Below, one piece after another: positions 8,602 through 17,188 of a DNA stretch of 36,220 bases (positions are counted from its first letter, which is position 1; each line of letters starts with the position of its first letter). The stretch spans positions 1 through 36,220 of the forward strand of contig JBHHYI010000022.1 in assembly GCA_046757525.1 (NCBI GenBank). The letters are read 5' to 3'. A program made the translations under genes and the position numbers. A model generated the notes under the pieces. That model made no database searches. It was not told the DNA's origin and was given only the letters and a program-made list of their open reading frames with translations. Source of the DNA: a bacterium (GTDB lineage Bacteria; Zhuqueibacterota; Zhuqueibacteria; Oceanimicrobiales; Oceanimicrobiaceae).

Positions 8602-10074
8602 ATGAAATGCATTCTCTACATTCTCGATAGTCTGCGGGCGGACCATTTGTCTTGCTATGGCTACACGCGCGAGACGTCGCCCCATATCGACAGGCTGGCC
8701 TCTGAAGGCGTGCTGTTCGAGAGCGCTTTCGCCGCCTCTACCTGGACCAGGCCTTCGGCGGCTTCCATTTTGACCGGTCGCTACCCGCTGAACCACGGCG
8801 TGGAAACCTTTTATTCCAACTTGCCTGCGGGCGTTCCCAGGCTTGCGGAGATTTTGCAACGGAACGGGTTCGCCTGTGCCGCTTTTTCAACCATTGCCCA
8901 GCTCTCTAAAGCCTTCGGATTTGGCGTCGGTTTTGAAGAATTTCACGAATTGTTCCGCAATGAACAAGACACGGCGGATGTGCCGCATTTACATGAAATG
9001 GGCAGTATCTTACCTTCCTCTGAAGACTTGAATGCTGCCCTTTTCCCCTGGATTGAAAACCATGCCGACGAAGATTTCTTCGTGTTGGCCTGGTCCATCG
9101 ATCCCCACGTGCCTTATACCATTCCCCTGGAGCAAGCAGCATTCTTGCCTGAAGGCGCCCGGGGCCAGGCTTGCGAGATCGACTACAAGTCCAGCAGTCA
9201 TTCGCCTGCGGAACTGAATTTGATCAAGGATCTTTACGACAGTTGCATTTATTACAACGATCAGCAGATCGGGCGGTTGTGTGATTTTCTCCACAGCCTT
9301 GGGATTGAAGAAGACACGCTTTTGGTCGTCGCCGGCGATCACGGTGAAATCTTCAACGAGCATTTGGACCCGAAAAATGGCCTGGGCGAAAAGATTGCTG
9401 CTCTCAAAAAACGGCTGTCGCCAGACGGAAGCGGAGCCGCGAATTTCTACGGCCGCCGCGGCCACATCGACGTGCCGCCGTACGACGTTGGCATCCATGT
9501 GCCGCTCATTTTTAAATTTCCCGGCAATGAATTTGCCGGCAAGAGGGTTGCGAATCTGGTTTCTCTGGTAGACCTGGCGCCTACGATCTCCCGGGCAGCA
9601 AATCCGGGTATTGACTTAAGCCGATATCATTTTGATGGGCACAACCTGTTAGAATGGCTGCCTTCTGCGGCCGGTCAGAGTGAAGATGAAGTGGTATTTT
9701 GCAGCGAGAAGTCGTACGCGCATTGCCCGGCCTATTATTGCATACGCACGCACAAGTGGAAATACGTGGTGACGGAGCCGCCGGAGTTTTCTCTGCGGCA
9801 ACTGTTGCAAGGGAAGTGGTCCTATTTGAGCAGATTCGTGCGGCACCGCTTTTTGTTAGCCAACGAAGTGCTCTACGACCTGCACGCGGCCGGGGAGCAG
9901 GAAAACGTGTTGGCCAGGCATCCGCAGGTAGCGGCTGCTTTGCGCCAGCGCCTGGAGGCGTGGAGAAAGCAGTGTGCGGAGAAACGCAACCTCAATGATC
10001 AGGGCCCAGAAACACCAGCAGAGGTTGACGAGGTTAACGAGAGGCAACTGAAAGCTTTGGGGTACATGACGTAA
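8602..10074 (+). CDS. Sulfatase-fold enzyme, Thr-type
   Basis: ILYILDSLRAD, WTRPSAASILTG, GDHGE and C-terminal LKALGYMT. Confidence 0.92.
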   Translation: MKCILYILDSLRADHLSCYGYTRETSPHIDRLASEGVLFESAFAASTWTRPSAASILTGRYPLNHGVETFYSNLPAGVPRLAEILQRNGFACAAFSTIAQLSKAFGFGVGFEEFHELFRNEQDTADVPHLHEMGSILPSSEDLNAALFPWIENHADEDFFVLAWSIDPHVPYTIPLEQAAFLPEGARGQACEIDYKSSSHSPAELNLIKDLYDSCIYYNDQQIGRLCDFLHSLGIEEDTLLVVAGDHGEIFNEHLDPKNGLGEKIAALKKRLSPDGSGAANFYGRRGHIDVPPYDVGIHVPLIFKFPGNEFAGKRVANLVSLVDLAPTISRAANPGIDLSRYHFDGHNLLEWLPSAAGQSEDEVVFCSEKSYAHCPAYYCIRTHKWKYVVTEPPEFSLRQLLQGKWSYLSRFVRHRFLLANEVLYDLHAAGEQENVLARHPQVAAALRQRLEAWRKQCAEKRNLNDQGPETPAEVDEVNERQLKALGYMT

Positions 10075-10083
10075 ACAATCATA

Positions 10084-11394
10084 ATGGAAATGACCACTAA
10101 AACAGCGAGAAAAACAACAGACCAGGAGAAGGTGGCTGCCAAAGATTTTCCGGCTTCCAAAAGAACGCGTCTGGTAGTTGCCATGGTGACCTACATCTTT
10201 CCGCCCAGCTACGGCGGGGCTGCCATTCAAGCGCTGGAGCTGGCCAAGTCCTTGAAGAGACTGGGCGTGCAGTCGTTTTTTGTGGCGGCCAATTTTGCCA
10301 ATGCGCCGGCCTGCGAGGAGTTGGAAGGCATCCCGGTTTATCGTTTTCAAACGGTTGCTTCGCCGCGATTTAGCTATCTAATTTTCATGTTAAAGGTGCT
10401 GCGACTTCTGTTCAAAAAGAGAAAGTCCTACGATCTCATTCACTTCCACTCGATCAAACCGTTTTCGTTTTTGATCACCCTGCTGGCCAAGGTACTGCGC
10501 AAGCCTGCGTTGGTTTCCTTGTCCTTGATTGGCAACGACGATCCCAAGGGTCTAAAAGCGAAATCCAAGTTGTGGGCTATTGAAGCGCAAATGTACAAAC
10601 ATCTGGAGACCGTCAATTGTGTGAGCACAGCGTTGAAGAAATCGTGTCTGGACGAAGGAATTTTGCCGGAGAATATTGCCACTATTCCTTACGGTGTGGA
10701 CGAATTAAAATTTGCGCGCCCGAAAAACTCCGGGGTGAAAAAGGAAATTCGCAGAGCGCTGGGCATTCCGGAACAAGCTTTCGTGTGTCTGTTCGTGGGA
10801 CGAGTCAGCCTGCGCAAGGGGTGCGACTTGCTGTTTGAAGCCTGGCGTGAAGTACTGAAGACCAATCCGAAAGACTTTTTCCTGACGCTGGTGGGGCCAT
10901 ACGGTGACCACGTGTTCATGTCGGAGGCGGGCAAGAATTTCGACGCGCAAGTGCAAGAAAACGTTCAGTCAGCCGAGGCTTTGCGCATGAAATTCACCGG
11001 GCAAATCGACATTGAGGAAACCTCGCGATATTTTCAGGCAGCGGACTGCTTCGTGTTCCCTTCGGTGGTGGAAGGGTTCGGCATCGTGGTGATCGAGGCT
11101 ATGGCCTGCGGCGTGCCGGTGATTGCCACCCGCATCGAGGATGTGACCGAAGACATCATCGACGACCGTGCCGACGGGATTATTTTGGAAGACCGCGACC
11201 CCAAAGCCCTGGCCCAAGCAATTCTGGAATTGCAGCGGGACCAAAAGCTCTACGCAAAATTGTCGAAAAATGCGGTTCAGAAGGTAGAACAACAATTTAC
11301 CCTTTCGTCGGTGGCGGCCCGGCATGTGGTGCTTTACGAAAGGCTGCTCTTGCACAAGAGAAAAAATGGAGTTAACGGAGTTGCCCATGAGTGA
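10084..11394 (+). CDS. Glycosyltransferase family 4 (GT-B)
   Basis: FVGRVSLRKG and ADCFVFPSVVEGFGIVVIEAMACGVPVI (EX7E motif). Confidence 0.95.
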   Translation: MEMTTKTARKTTDQEKVAAKDFPASKRTRLVVAMVTYIFPPSYGGAAIQALELAKSLKRLGVQSFFVAANFANAPACEELEGIPVYRFQTVASPRFSYLIFMLKVLRLLFKKRKSYDLIHFHSIKPFSFLITLLAKVLRKPALVSLSLIGNDDPKGLKAKSKLWAIEAQMYKHLETVNCVSTALKKSCLDEGILPENIATIPYGVDELKFARPKNSGVKKEIRRALGIPEQAFVCLFVGRVSLRKGCDLLFEAWREVLKTNPKDFFLTLVGPYGDHVFMSEAGKNFDAQVQENVQSAEALRMKFTGQIDIEETSRYFQAADCFVFPSVVEGFGIVVIEAMACGVPVIATRIEDVTEDIIDDRADGIILEDRDPKALAQAILELQRDQKLYAKLSKNAVQKVEQQFTLSSVAARHVVLYERLLLHKRKNGVNGVAHE

Positions 11395-12172
11395 TGTGAA
11401 AGAAATGATCTTAGACCAAACCAGTGCAGTCGATCACGCGGATGCGGTTAGAAAATTGCGGCAGGTAGGCATCGCCAAAGGACTTTGGCGCCGTGGTGAC
11501 AAATTTGTCCACTACTGCAAGGGGCAGCTCTTCAAGGGTATTGACTTCCAGGGCAAGACCATGTTGGACATCGGCTGTGGCGACGGCTTGTATTTGATCT
11601 GGGGCGGTATTCACGGGGCCAGCCGCTTGGTCGGTTTAGAACCGTTGTTAGACGGCAGCGGTTCCACCAAGAATTCGGAGGTCGTCTTTTACGGCATGAG
11701 TGAAGCTCTGAATCTCAAAAACATCGAACGGCAACCTTTCACCTTACAAGAGTACCAGTGTGCTGAGGAAACGTTCGACATCGTGTTGCTCCACGCGTCG
11801 GTTAACCATTTGGACGAAAGCATGTGCATTGAACTGCGGGAAAATGCTAAAGCCAGAGAAATCTACCTGGAGTTGTTTCGCAAGCTCAGGGGCATTATGA
11901 AAAAAAATGGCCAGCTCATCATCGTGGACGCTTCGAATCGCAACTTCTTCGGCGACCTGGGCATGAAGCACATTCTCTACCCGAAGTTGGCTTACAACAA
12001 GCATCAGACCCCGTTTTTTTGGTCCAAGCTTTTGCGGCAAACCGGGTTTGATTCGCCGAAAGTCTCGTGGATCTCGAACCCGGCCCTGGGGCCCCTGGGT
12101 TGGTTTCTGAGGAACCGGGTAACTTCATATTTCTTGGAGAGCACCTTTCGCCTGGTGATGACGGCGGTTTAA
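11387..12172 (+). CDS. Class I SAM-dependent methyltransferase
   Basis: MLDIGCGDG motif I, FDIVLL, and MKKNGQLIIVD. ATG 11387 overlaps the upstream gene end; the exact start is uncertain. Confidence 0.88.
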   Translation: MSDVKEMILDQTSAVDHADAVRKLRQVGIAKGLWRRGDKFVHYCKGQLFKGIDFQGKTMLDIGCGDGLYLIWGGIHGASRLVGLEPLLDGSGSTKNSEVVFYGMSEALNLKNIERQPFTLQEYQCAEETFDIVLLHASVNHLDESMCIELRENAKAREIYLELFRKLRGIMKKNGQLIIVDASNRNFFGDLGMKHILYPKLAYNKHQTPFFWSKLLRQTGFDSPKVSWISNPALGPLGWFLRNRVTSYFLESTFRLVMTAV

Positions 12173-12293
12173 TTCCTGGCCGGGCAGGTTCCGGAAGAGA
12201 AAAGTTCATTTTAGATTCGGAGAAGGTAGTCAAAACCTCGGGCTTGAAGCTGGTCTTTACCCAGAACTATATACTGGACACCGGGAGACAGTC

Positions 12294-12439
12294 ATAACAT
12301 GTCACTCCTAACGGAGTTTGAGGATGCTGAGGGTGACGGCAACTATAAACATGCCACCCCTCACGGGGTTGAGTTCGCTTTTGTCAACATTTTCTTTGCA
12401 GAAGAGCGGGAAAACCGCGTAGCGGTGATATGTTTATAG
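12294..12439. repeat. Cluster of three REP-like elements (two direct, one inverted)
   Basis: ATAACATGTCACTCCTAACGGAGTT (12294-12318), CTATAAACATGCCACCCCTCACGGGGTT (12343-12370) and inverted AACCGCGTAGCGGTGATATGTTTATAG (12413-12439). Confidence 0.75.
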
Positions 12440-12512
12440 CAATTCATCTGAAGGGGAGCTTTTCGGTTTGGATGAAAACCATGGTTCAAACAAAACAAAT
12501 CAATAAGCAGCG

Positions 12513-13919
12513 ATGGAATTAGGGTTAGGACTGACAAGATTACTGCCTTTGCTCATTTACTTCATGGCCATAGGCGTAATCGTGATGACCATTTTTTACC
12601 GCATTGAGGTAGGCATCTTCTTTTTTGTGCCTTTCATTCCGCAACAGAGTCTGATGGATGCCATTGTGCAGTATCCTTTGGGCAACAACTTCGTCGATTT
12701 CCTCTTGCTGGCCATGGTCGTTCGCTGGTATTTGGACAGCAGGAAGGAGGATGACTCGGATGCCACCAACAAAAAGCCCTTTCTGGTTAAGACCCCTTTT
12801 AACAAATGGATCATGTGGCTGGCCATTTACACCTATTTTGGGCTTTGGTTCGGCTCCATGTTTCTCGGCATTCCAGCGCCACTGAGCATATCCAATCCGC
12901 GTTTCATGACCTGGAAGAATTTCATGATTTTGCCCATGATCTTCTTGATCATCGTGAACAATGTCAAGAGCAAGCAGCACATTCAGATTCTCGTGGTCTT
13001 AATGGCGCTTTCCATGCTTTTTATGGATCGTTCGGTGGTGAGCATGATTGCGGGACGGGACACCTCCCATTTCGACAAAGAGCTGCGGGTGGCGGGCACG
13101 TTTAGCTATTTAGGCCCCAATGCCCTGGCGGTCTTTTATGCCCAATTTACCGGTTTAATGACCTGTTTAGCTCTGATGGACCGGGCGAAATGGCGTCGGC
13201 TTCTGTTTCTGAGCACCAGTGCTCTCAACTACTTTTGTCTCGCTTTTCTATTTTCCCGCAGCGGCTATTTGGCGGCGTTGTTCACCTGGGCTTTCATTGG
13301 GCTGTACCGCGATCGCCGGGTGCTGGGCGCCGTCATCATTTTGTTGATTTTCTGGAAGTCGTTGTTGCCCACCGCCGTGGTTGAGCGAATCGAAATGACC
13401 AAAACGGAAGAGGGTCTCGATTCCTCGGTGGCTGAAAGGCTGGACTTGTGGCAGCAGGCCATTCACGTTTTCAGTGAGAGCCCGATTCTGGGCGTTGGTT
13501 TCGACGCTTCCCCCTATCTGGGTTATAAAGACGGCGTGGTGCACAAGGACAGGCGAAGCTTGCACAACGGTTACCTGGAAGTGGTTTCTGAAAATGGCAT
13601 CATTGGGCTGGCAATCTTTTTGTCGTTTTATTTCCTGGGGATCAAATACGGGGTGAGACTGTACAAAAGGTCCAAGGACCCTTTCATGAAAGGGTTGGGG
13701 TTGGGCACCGCTGCGGCTGCACTCGGGGCCCTGGGAGGAAATTTAGCCGGGAGTTACTGGCAATATCTGAATGTGTCAGGATTTTATTGGGTCACCATTG
13801 GACTGGCCATGCGTGGCTTGCTCATGGCTGACGAAGAAGAACAGCAAGCTCAACCGGAAACACCGCCTGAAAAAGCGGCCCCTGAGACCACTTTGCAGCC
13901 TGAACCAGCACCTGTTTGA
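12513..13919 (+). CDS. Wzy polymerase / O-antigen ligase family membrane protein
   Basis: Polytopic, with R..GTF...PN.LA, FSRSGY, SS..ERL.LW, P.LGVGF and HNGYL....ENGIIG (Wzy_C-type). Polymerase versus ligase cannot be resolved. Confidence 0.9.
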   Translation: MELGLGLTRLLPLLIYFMAIGVIVMTIFYRIEVGIFFFVPFIPQQSLMDAIVQYPLGNNFVDFLLLAMVVRWYLDSRKEDDSDATNKKPFLVKTPFNKWIMWLAIYTYFGLWFGSMFLGIPAPLSISNPRFMTWKNFMILPMIFLIIVNNVKSKQHIQILVVLMALSMLFMDRSVVSMIAGRDTSHFDKELRVAGTFSYLGPNALAVFYAQFTGLMTCLALMDRAKWRRLLFLSTSALNYFCLAFLFSRSGYLAALFTWAFIGLYRDRRVLGAVIILLIFWKSLLPTAVVERIEMTKTEEGLDSSVAERLDLWQQAIHVFSESPILGVGFDASPYLGYKDGVVHKDRRSLHNGYLEVVSENGIIGLAIFLSFYFLGIKYGVRLYKRSKDPFMKGLGLGTAAAALGALGGNLAGSYWQYLNVSGFYWVTIGLAMRGLLMADEEEQQAQPETPPEKAAPETTLQPEPAPV

Positions 13920-13942
13920 GGTTTTAGACAAATTTGAATTTC

Positions 13943-15031
13943 ATGGAAAGTACGATAACGAAAACCGCAAAATTGTCACGAAATAAAAGGCCTGAAAAGC
14001 CCTTCATTACCGTGGTCGTCCCTATTCGCAACGAGGAAAAACATATCGACCAATGCCTCGAGTCCATTGCGCAGCAAGATTACGGTTTGGAGAATTTTGA
14101 GGTTCTGGTGGTCGATGGCCTGTCAGACGACGGCACGCGCGCCATCGTGGAGAAATATGTGCAGGCCTATCCGAATTTCTTTTTGGTGGACAATCGGGAA
14201 CGCTACGTTCCATTTGCCATGAACCTGGCAATCCGAAGAGCCAAAGGTGAAATCATTGCTCGTATGGACGGCCACGCTGCCATGGAACCGGATTATCTGA
14301 CGCAGACGGTGCGGGCTTTGCGACAAACGGGCGCGGAATGTGTGGGCGGCCAAATCGCAAGCATCAACCAAACCAGAGTTGGGCAGGCCATTGCACTGGC
14401 CATGTCGTCGACCTTTGGCGTGGGCAACTCGAGATTTCGCACGGCAGGTGCAGACGGGTATGTGGACAGTCTGGCTTTCGGCGTCTATCACCGCGATATT
14501 TTCAGCCAAATCGGTCTCTTCGACGAGTTCATGATTCGCTGTCAGGACGATGAGTTCAATTTTCGTCTGAGAGATTTTGGTGGCAAGGTTTACCTGACCT
14601 CGAAAATGCGCTGCAAATATTACCCGCGCTCCAGCATAAAAAAGCTCTGGAAGCAGTATTTTGGCTATGGCTTCTTTAAAGTGCGGCTGTTGCAAAAATA
14701 TCCTCGGTTGATGCAACTCAGGCAGTTCGTGCCGTTTTTGTTTGTGTCGGGTTTTCTGGGAAGTCTGATCTTGCTCGCGGGCTTTGGCTTGCTTTGGCCT
14801 TTCCTGCTTTTGACCATGACGTATCTCAGCGGCTGTGCCTTGTTTACTTTCAAGCTTTGCTCTAAAAACGGATTTCAATTCGCTTTGTTGCTCCCTGTAA
14901 TCTTTGCTACCCTCCATTTTAGCTACGGCACCGGATTCTTTTGGGGCTTAATAAAATTCTCCTTGGTTAAACCTGGTGCGGAAACCATTCCGCAATTCTC
15001 TGGAGTCGCAACCGAACCAATTAATGTTTGA
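13943..15031 (+). CDS. Glycosyltransferase family 2 (ExoA-like)
   Basis: VVVPIRNEE, VVDGLSDDGT, ARMDGH, QDDEFN, and KQYFGYG followed by C-terminal TM helices. Confidence 0.93.
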   Translation: MESTITKTAKLSRNKRPEKPFITVVVPIRNEEKHIDQCLESIAQQDYGLENFEVLVVDGLSDDGTRAIVEKYVQAYPNFFLVDNRERYVPFAMNLAIRRAKGEIIARMDGHAAMEPDYLTQTVRALRQTGAECVGGQIASINQTRVGQAIALAMSSTFGVGNSRFRTAGADGYVDSLAFGVYHRDIFSQIGLFDEFMIRCQDDEFNFRLRDFGGKVYLTSKMRCKYYPRSSIKKLWKQYFGYGFFKVRLLQKYPRLMQLRQFVPFLFVSGFLGSLILLAGFGLLWPFLLLTMTYLSGCALFTFKLCSKNGFQFALLLPVIFATLHFSYGTGFFWGLIKFSLVKPGAETIPQFSGVATEPINV

Positions 15032-15039
15032 TTGACTTG

Positions 15040-16170
15040 ATGCCTCTCAAAATCTTGCAGCTTAGAAGCGCCCTGGGTGTGTTCGGCGCTGAAACCGTGA
15101 TTTTGGAGTTGAGCAAAGAACTCGACGCCCTGGGTTACGACAACACCGTGGGCGTGCTCAACAACACCCGCGTGCCTCATACGGAGCTGGCCCGGGCGGC
15201 TGAGGCAAACCATTTGCGGGCACAGGTCTTTCACTGTCGCGGTCAGTTCGACCTGAGCACGGTTCGACGTATCAGGCAGTACCTCCAACAGGAAGGGGTT
15301 CAAATCCTGCACACGCACGGCTACAAGGCCAATTTCTATGCCTGGTTGAGCGGCCGTGCCAGCAACACGGTGCGCATCGCTACCTGCCACCCCTGGACTG
15401 AAACCGACTACAGCCGCAAGGCGCGACTCTACACCAGGTTGGATAAGTTTTGCTTGAAACACTTCGACCGGATCGTTGCCGTTTCTAGTACGGTGGAAAA
15501 GGAAACGCTGGAATCTGGCGTTGCCCCAGCGAAGATTTCGGTGATCGACAACGGCATAGACACCAGTCGGTTCAACGGTAAGCACGGGAAAGATGCTATA
15601 CGCAGAAAGTTGAGATTGCCAGTAAATAAGGTAATAATAGGGACGATTGGTCGGCTGGTGCCGGAAAAAGGACACGACCTGCTGCTGCGTGCGGCCCGGG
15701 GGCTGGTAGCTAACGATCCCAATCTCCTGTTTGTAATCGTGGGGGATGGCCCTTTGGGGCGCAATTTAGAACGCCAGAGGGCGGCCCTGGGTTTGGAGAA
15801 CCAGGTTTTGTTGCTGGGCCAGAGAGAAGATGTGCCGGAATTGCTCAGCGCTTTCGATGTTTTCGTGCTGAGCTCGGTCTCTGAAGGCCTTCCCATGGTG
15901 TTGTTGGAAGCCATGGCCGCGCACAAGGCGGTGATTGCCACCCGGGTGGGTTCCATCCCGGAAGTGCTGCAAGAGGGTAAAACCGGCCTGTTGGTTGAAC
16001 CCGACGCCAATGATTTGCAGCACAAACTGGCCGAGCTGTTGCAGGACAAAAGCAGAATTGCAGAACTGGGGAAACTGGCTCGCGAACGGATACTGAAGGA
16101 TTATTCATCCAGGGCCATGGCTGAAAAATATGTGCGAGTTTACGGAGAAGCTGTAAAGGCAAAGAGTTGA
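15040..16170 (+). CDS. Glycosyltransferase family 4
   Basis: GAE, LHTHGYK, IGRLVPEKG and FVLSSVSEGLPMVLLEAMA. Confidence 0.95.
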   Translation: MPLKILQLRSALGVFGAETVILELSKELDALGYDNTVGVLNNTRVPHTELARAAEANHLRAQVFHCRGQFDLSTVRRIRQYLQQEGVQILHTHGYKANFYAWLSGRASNTVRIATCHPWTETDYSRKARLYTRLDKFCLKHFDRIVAVSSTVEKETLESGVAPAKISVIDNGIDTSRFNGKHGKDAIRRKLRLPVNKVIIGTIGRLVPEKGHDLLLRAARGLVANDPNLLFVIVGDGPLGRNLERQRAALGLENQVLLLGQREDVPELLSAFDVFVLSSVSEGLPMVLLEAMAAHKAVIATRVGSIPEVLQEGKTGLLVEPDANDLQHKLAELLQDKSRIAELGKLARERILKDYSSRAMAEKYVRVYGEAVKAKS

Positions 16171-16976
16171 TTTCAAAACGCAGAAAAAACAAAGTCGCAG
16201 TGCTGGCCTATCATCGGGTTCTAAGCGAATCCGACCTGCCTAACGGTAGGTTGCGGTCGCCGTATGCCATGACGCTGGCGTCATTCGAGAAACAGATGTA
16301 CCTGCTGGTGGAAATCGGTTTTCAAGCCGTCACTCTGGACGAGGTTCTGTCGCACCCCGACCCTCAGGCGAAACGGGTGGTTCTCACCTTCGACGACGGC
16401 TACGTTGACAATTACACACAGGCGTGGCCGGTGTTGCGGCACTTCGGATTCAAAGCCACGTTCTTTGTGATTGCTAATCGCATCGGTTCGGAGGCGTTTA
16501 TGAGCTGGCAACAGCTCAAAGAGATGACCGCTGCAGGCATGGCGGTTGAATCGCATACCGCAAACCATCAGCCTCTGACCAGCTTGTCCAACGGGGAGTG
16601 CCTGCACGAATTGGTGCAGTCCAGGCAAACGATTGAAGCAAGATTGGGCCGACCGGTGCGGTTTGTCAGCTTTCCCCACGGCATGTACGACAGGACGGTG
16701 TTGCAAGCATGTCGCAAGGCTGGATACGCAGGAGGCTGTAACTCCGACTTTGGCTACTTCAAGCCGGGAGGGGATGTTTTCAAGATCAATCGTTTTATGG
16801 TGAAAAAGGATTACGATCTCAAGACTTTCTCTGAAATGGTGCGCGGGCGCTGGCAGTTTGCCGTCAAGGTCGGGATTCCAAAACGTGTGAAACAACAGGT
16901 AACGCGCCTGATCGGTTTTGAGCGCTATCAGAGTCTTTACAAGAAATTTTACGGTGCAGAGGAAACGGTAACGTAG
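16167..16976 (+). CDS. Polysaccharide deacetylase (CE4/NodB-like)
   Basis: LAYHRV, LTFDDGY, ESHTANH and SFPHG. TTG start overlaps the upstream stop. Confidence 0.93.
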   Translation: MISKRRKNKVAVLAYHRVLSESDLPNGRLRSPYAMTLASFEKQMYLLVEIGFQAVTLDEVLSHPDPQAKRVVLTFDDGYVDNYTQAWPVLRHFGFKATFFVIANRIGSEAFMSWQQLKEMTAAGMAVESHTANHQPLTSLSNGECLHELVQSRQTIEARLGRPVRFVSFPHGMYDRTVLQACRKAGYAGGCNSDFGYFKPGGDVFKINRFMVKKDYDLKTFSEMVRGRWQFAVKVGIPKRVKQQVTRLIGFERYQSLYKKFYGAEETVT

Positions 16977-16980
16977 CAAC

Positions 16981-17031
16981 GTAACGCAGTCGACTCACGC
17001 GAGACAATCGGAGAGGAGTCGATTGCGTTAC
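16981..17031. repeat. 16-bp inverted repeat (REP-like or terminator-like hairpin)
   Basis: GTAACGCAGTCGACTC (16981-16996) / GAGTCGATTGCGTTAC (17016-17031), with one G-U pair. Confidence 0.7.
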
Positions 17032-17188
17032 ACCTGTATGTAATATTTACTCGGCGACCAGGCTATTGCCACGCAGCTTCGGTTAGTCAAGAACTGGGGA
17101 GTTGGTTTAAGTTGTTAGAAAGTAAGAAATTGTATCATTCTTCTACTGGCTCAAATTTTCTGGCACCAACATTGCTCGAGAATTGACG

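Noticed and set aside
4129..10074. Annotation as classical formylglycine sulfatases in a degradation locus
   Set aside because: No C/S-x-P-x-R motif, no signal peptides, no maturation enzyme or SusC/D genes in the window, and the context is biosynthetic.
12067..12297. 76-aa ORF after the methyltransferase
   Set aside because: Overlaps the methyltransferase out of frame, has no motif, and ends in the REP cluster.
12294..12439. Mini CRISPR array
   Set aside because: The copies are degenerate, one is inverted, spacing is irregular, and no cas genes are present.
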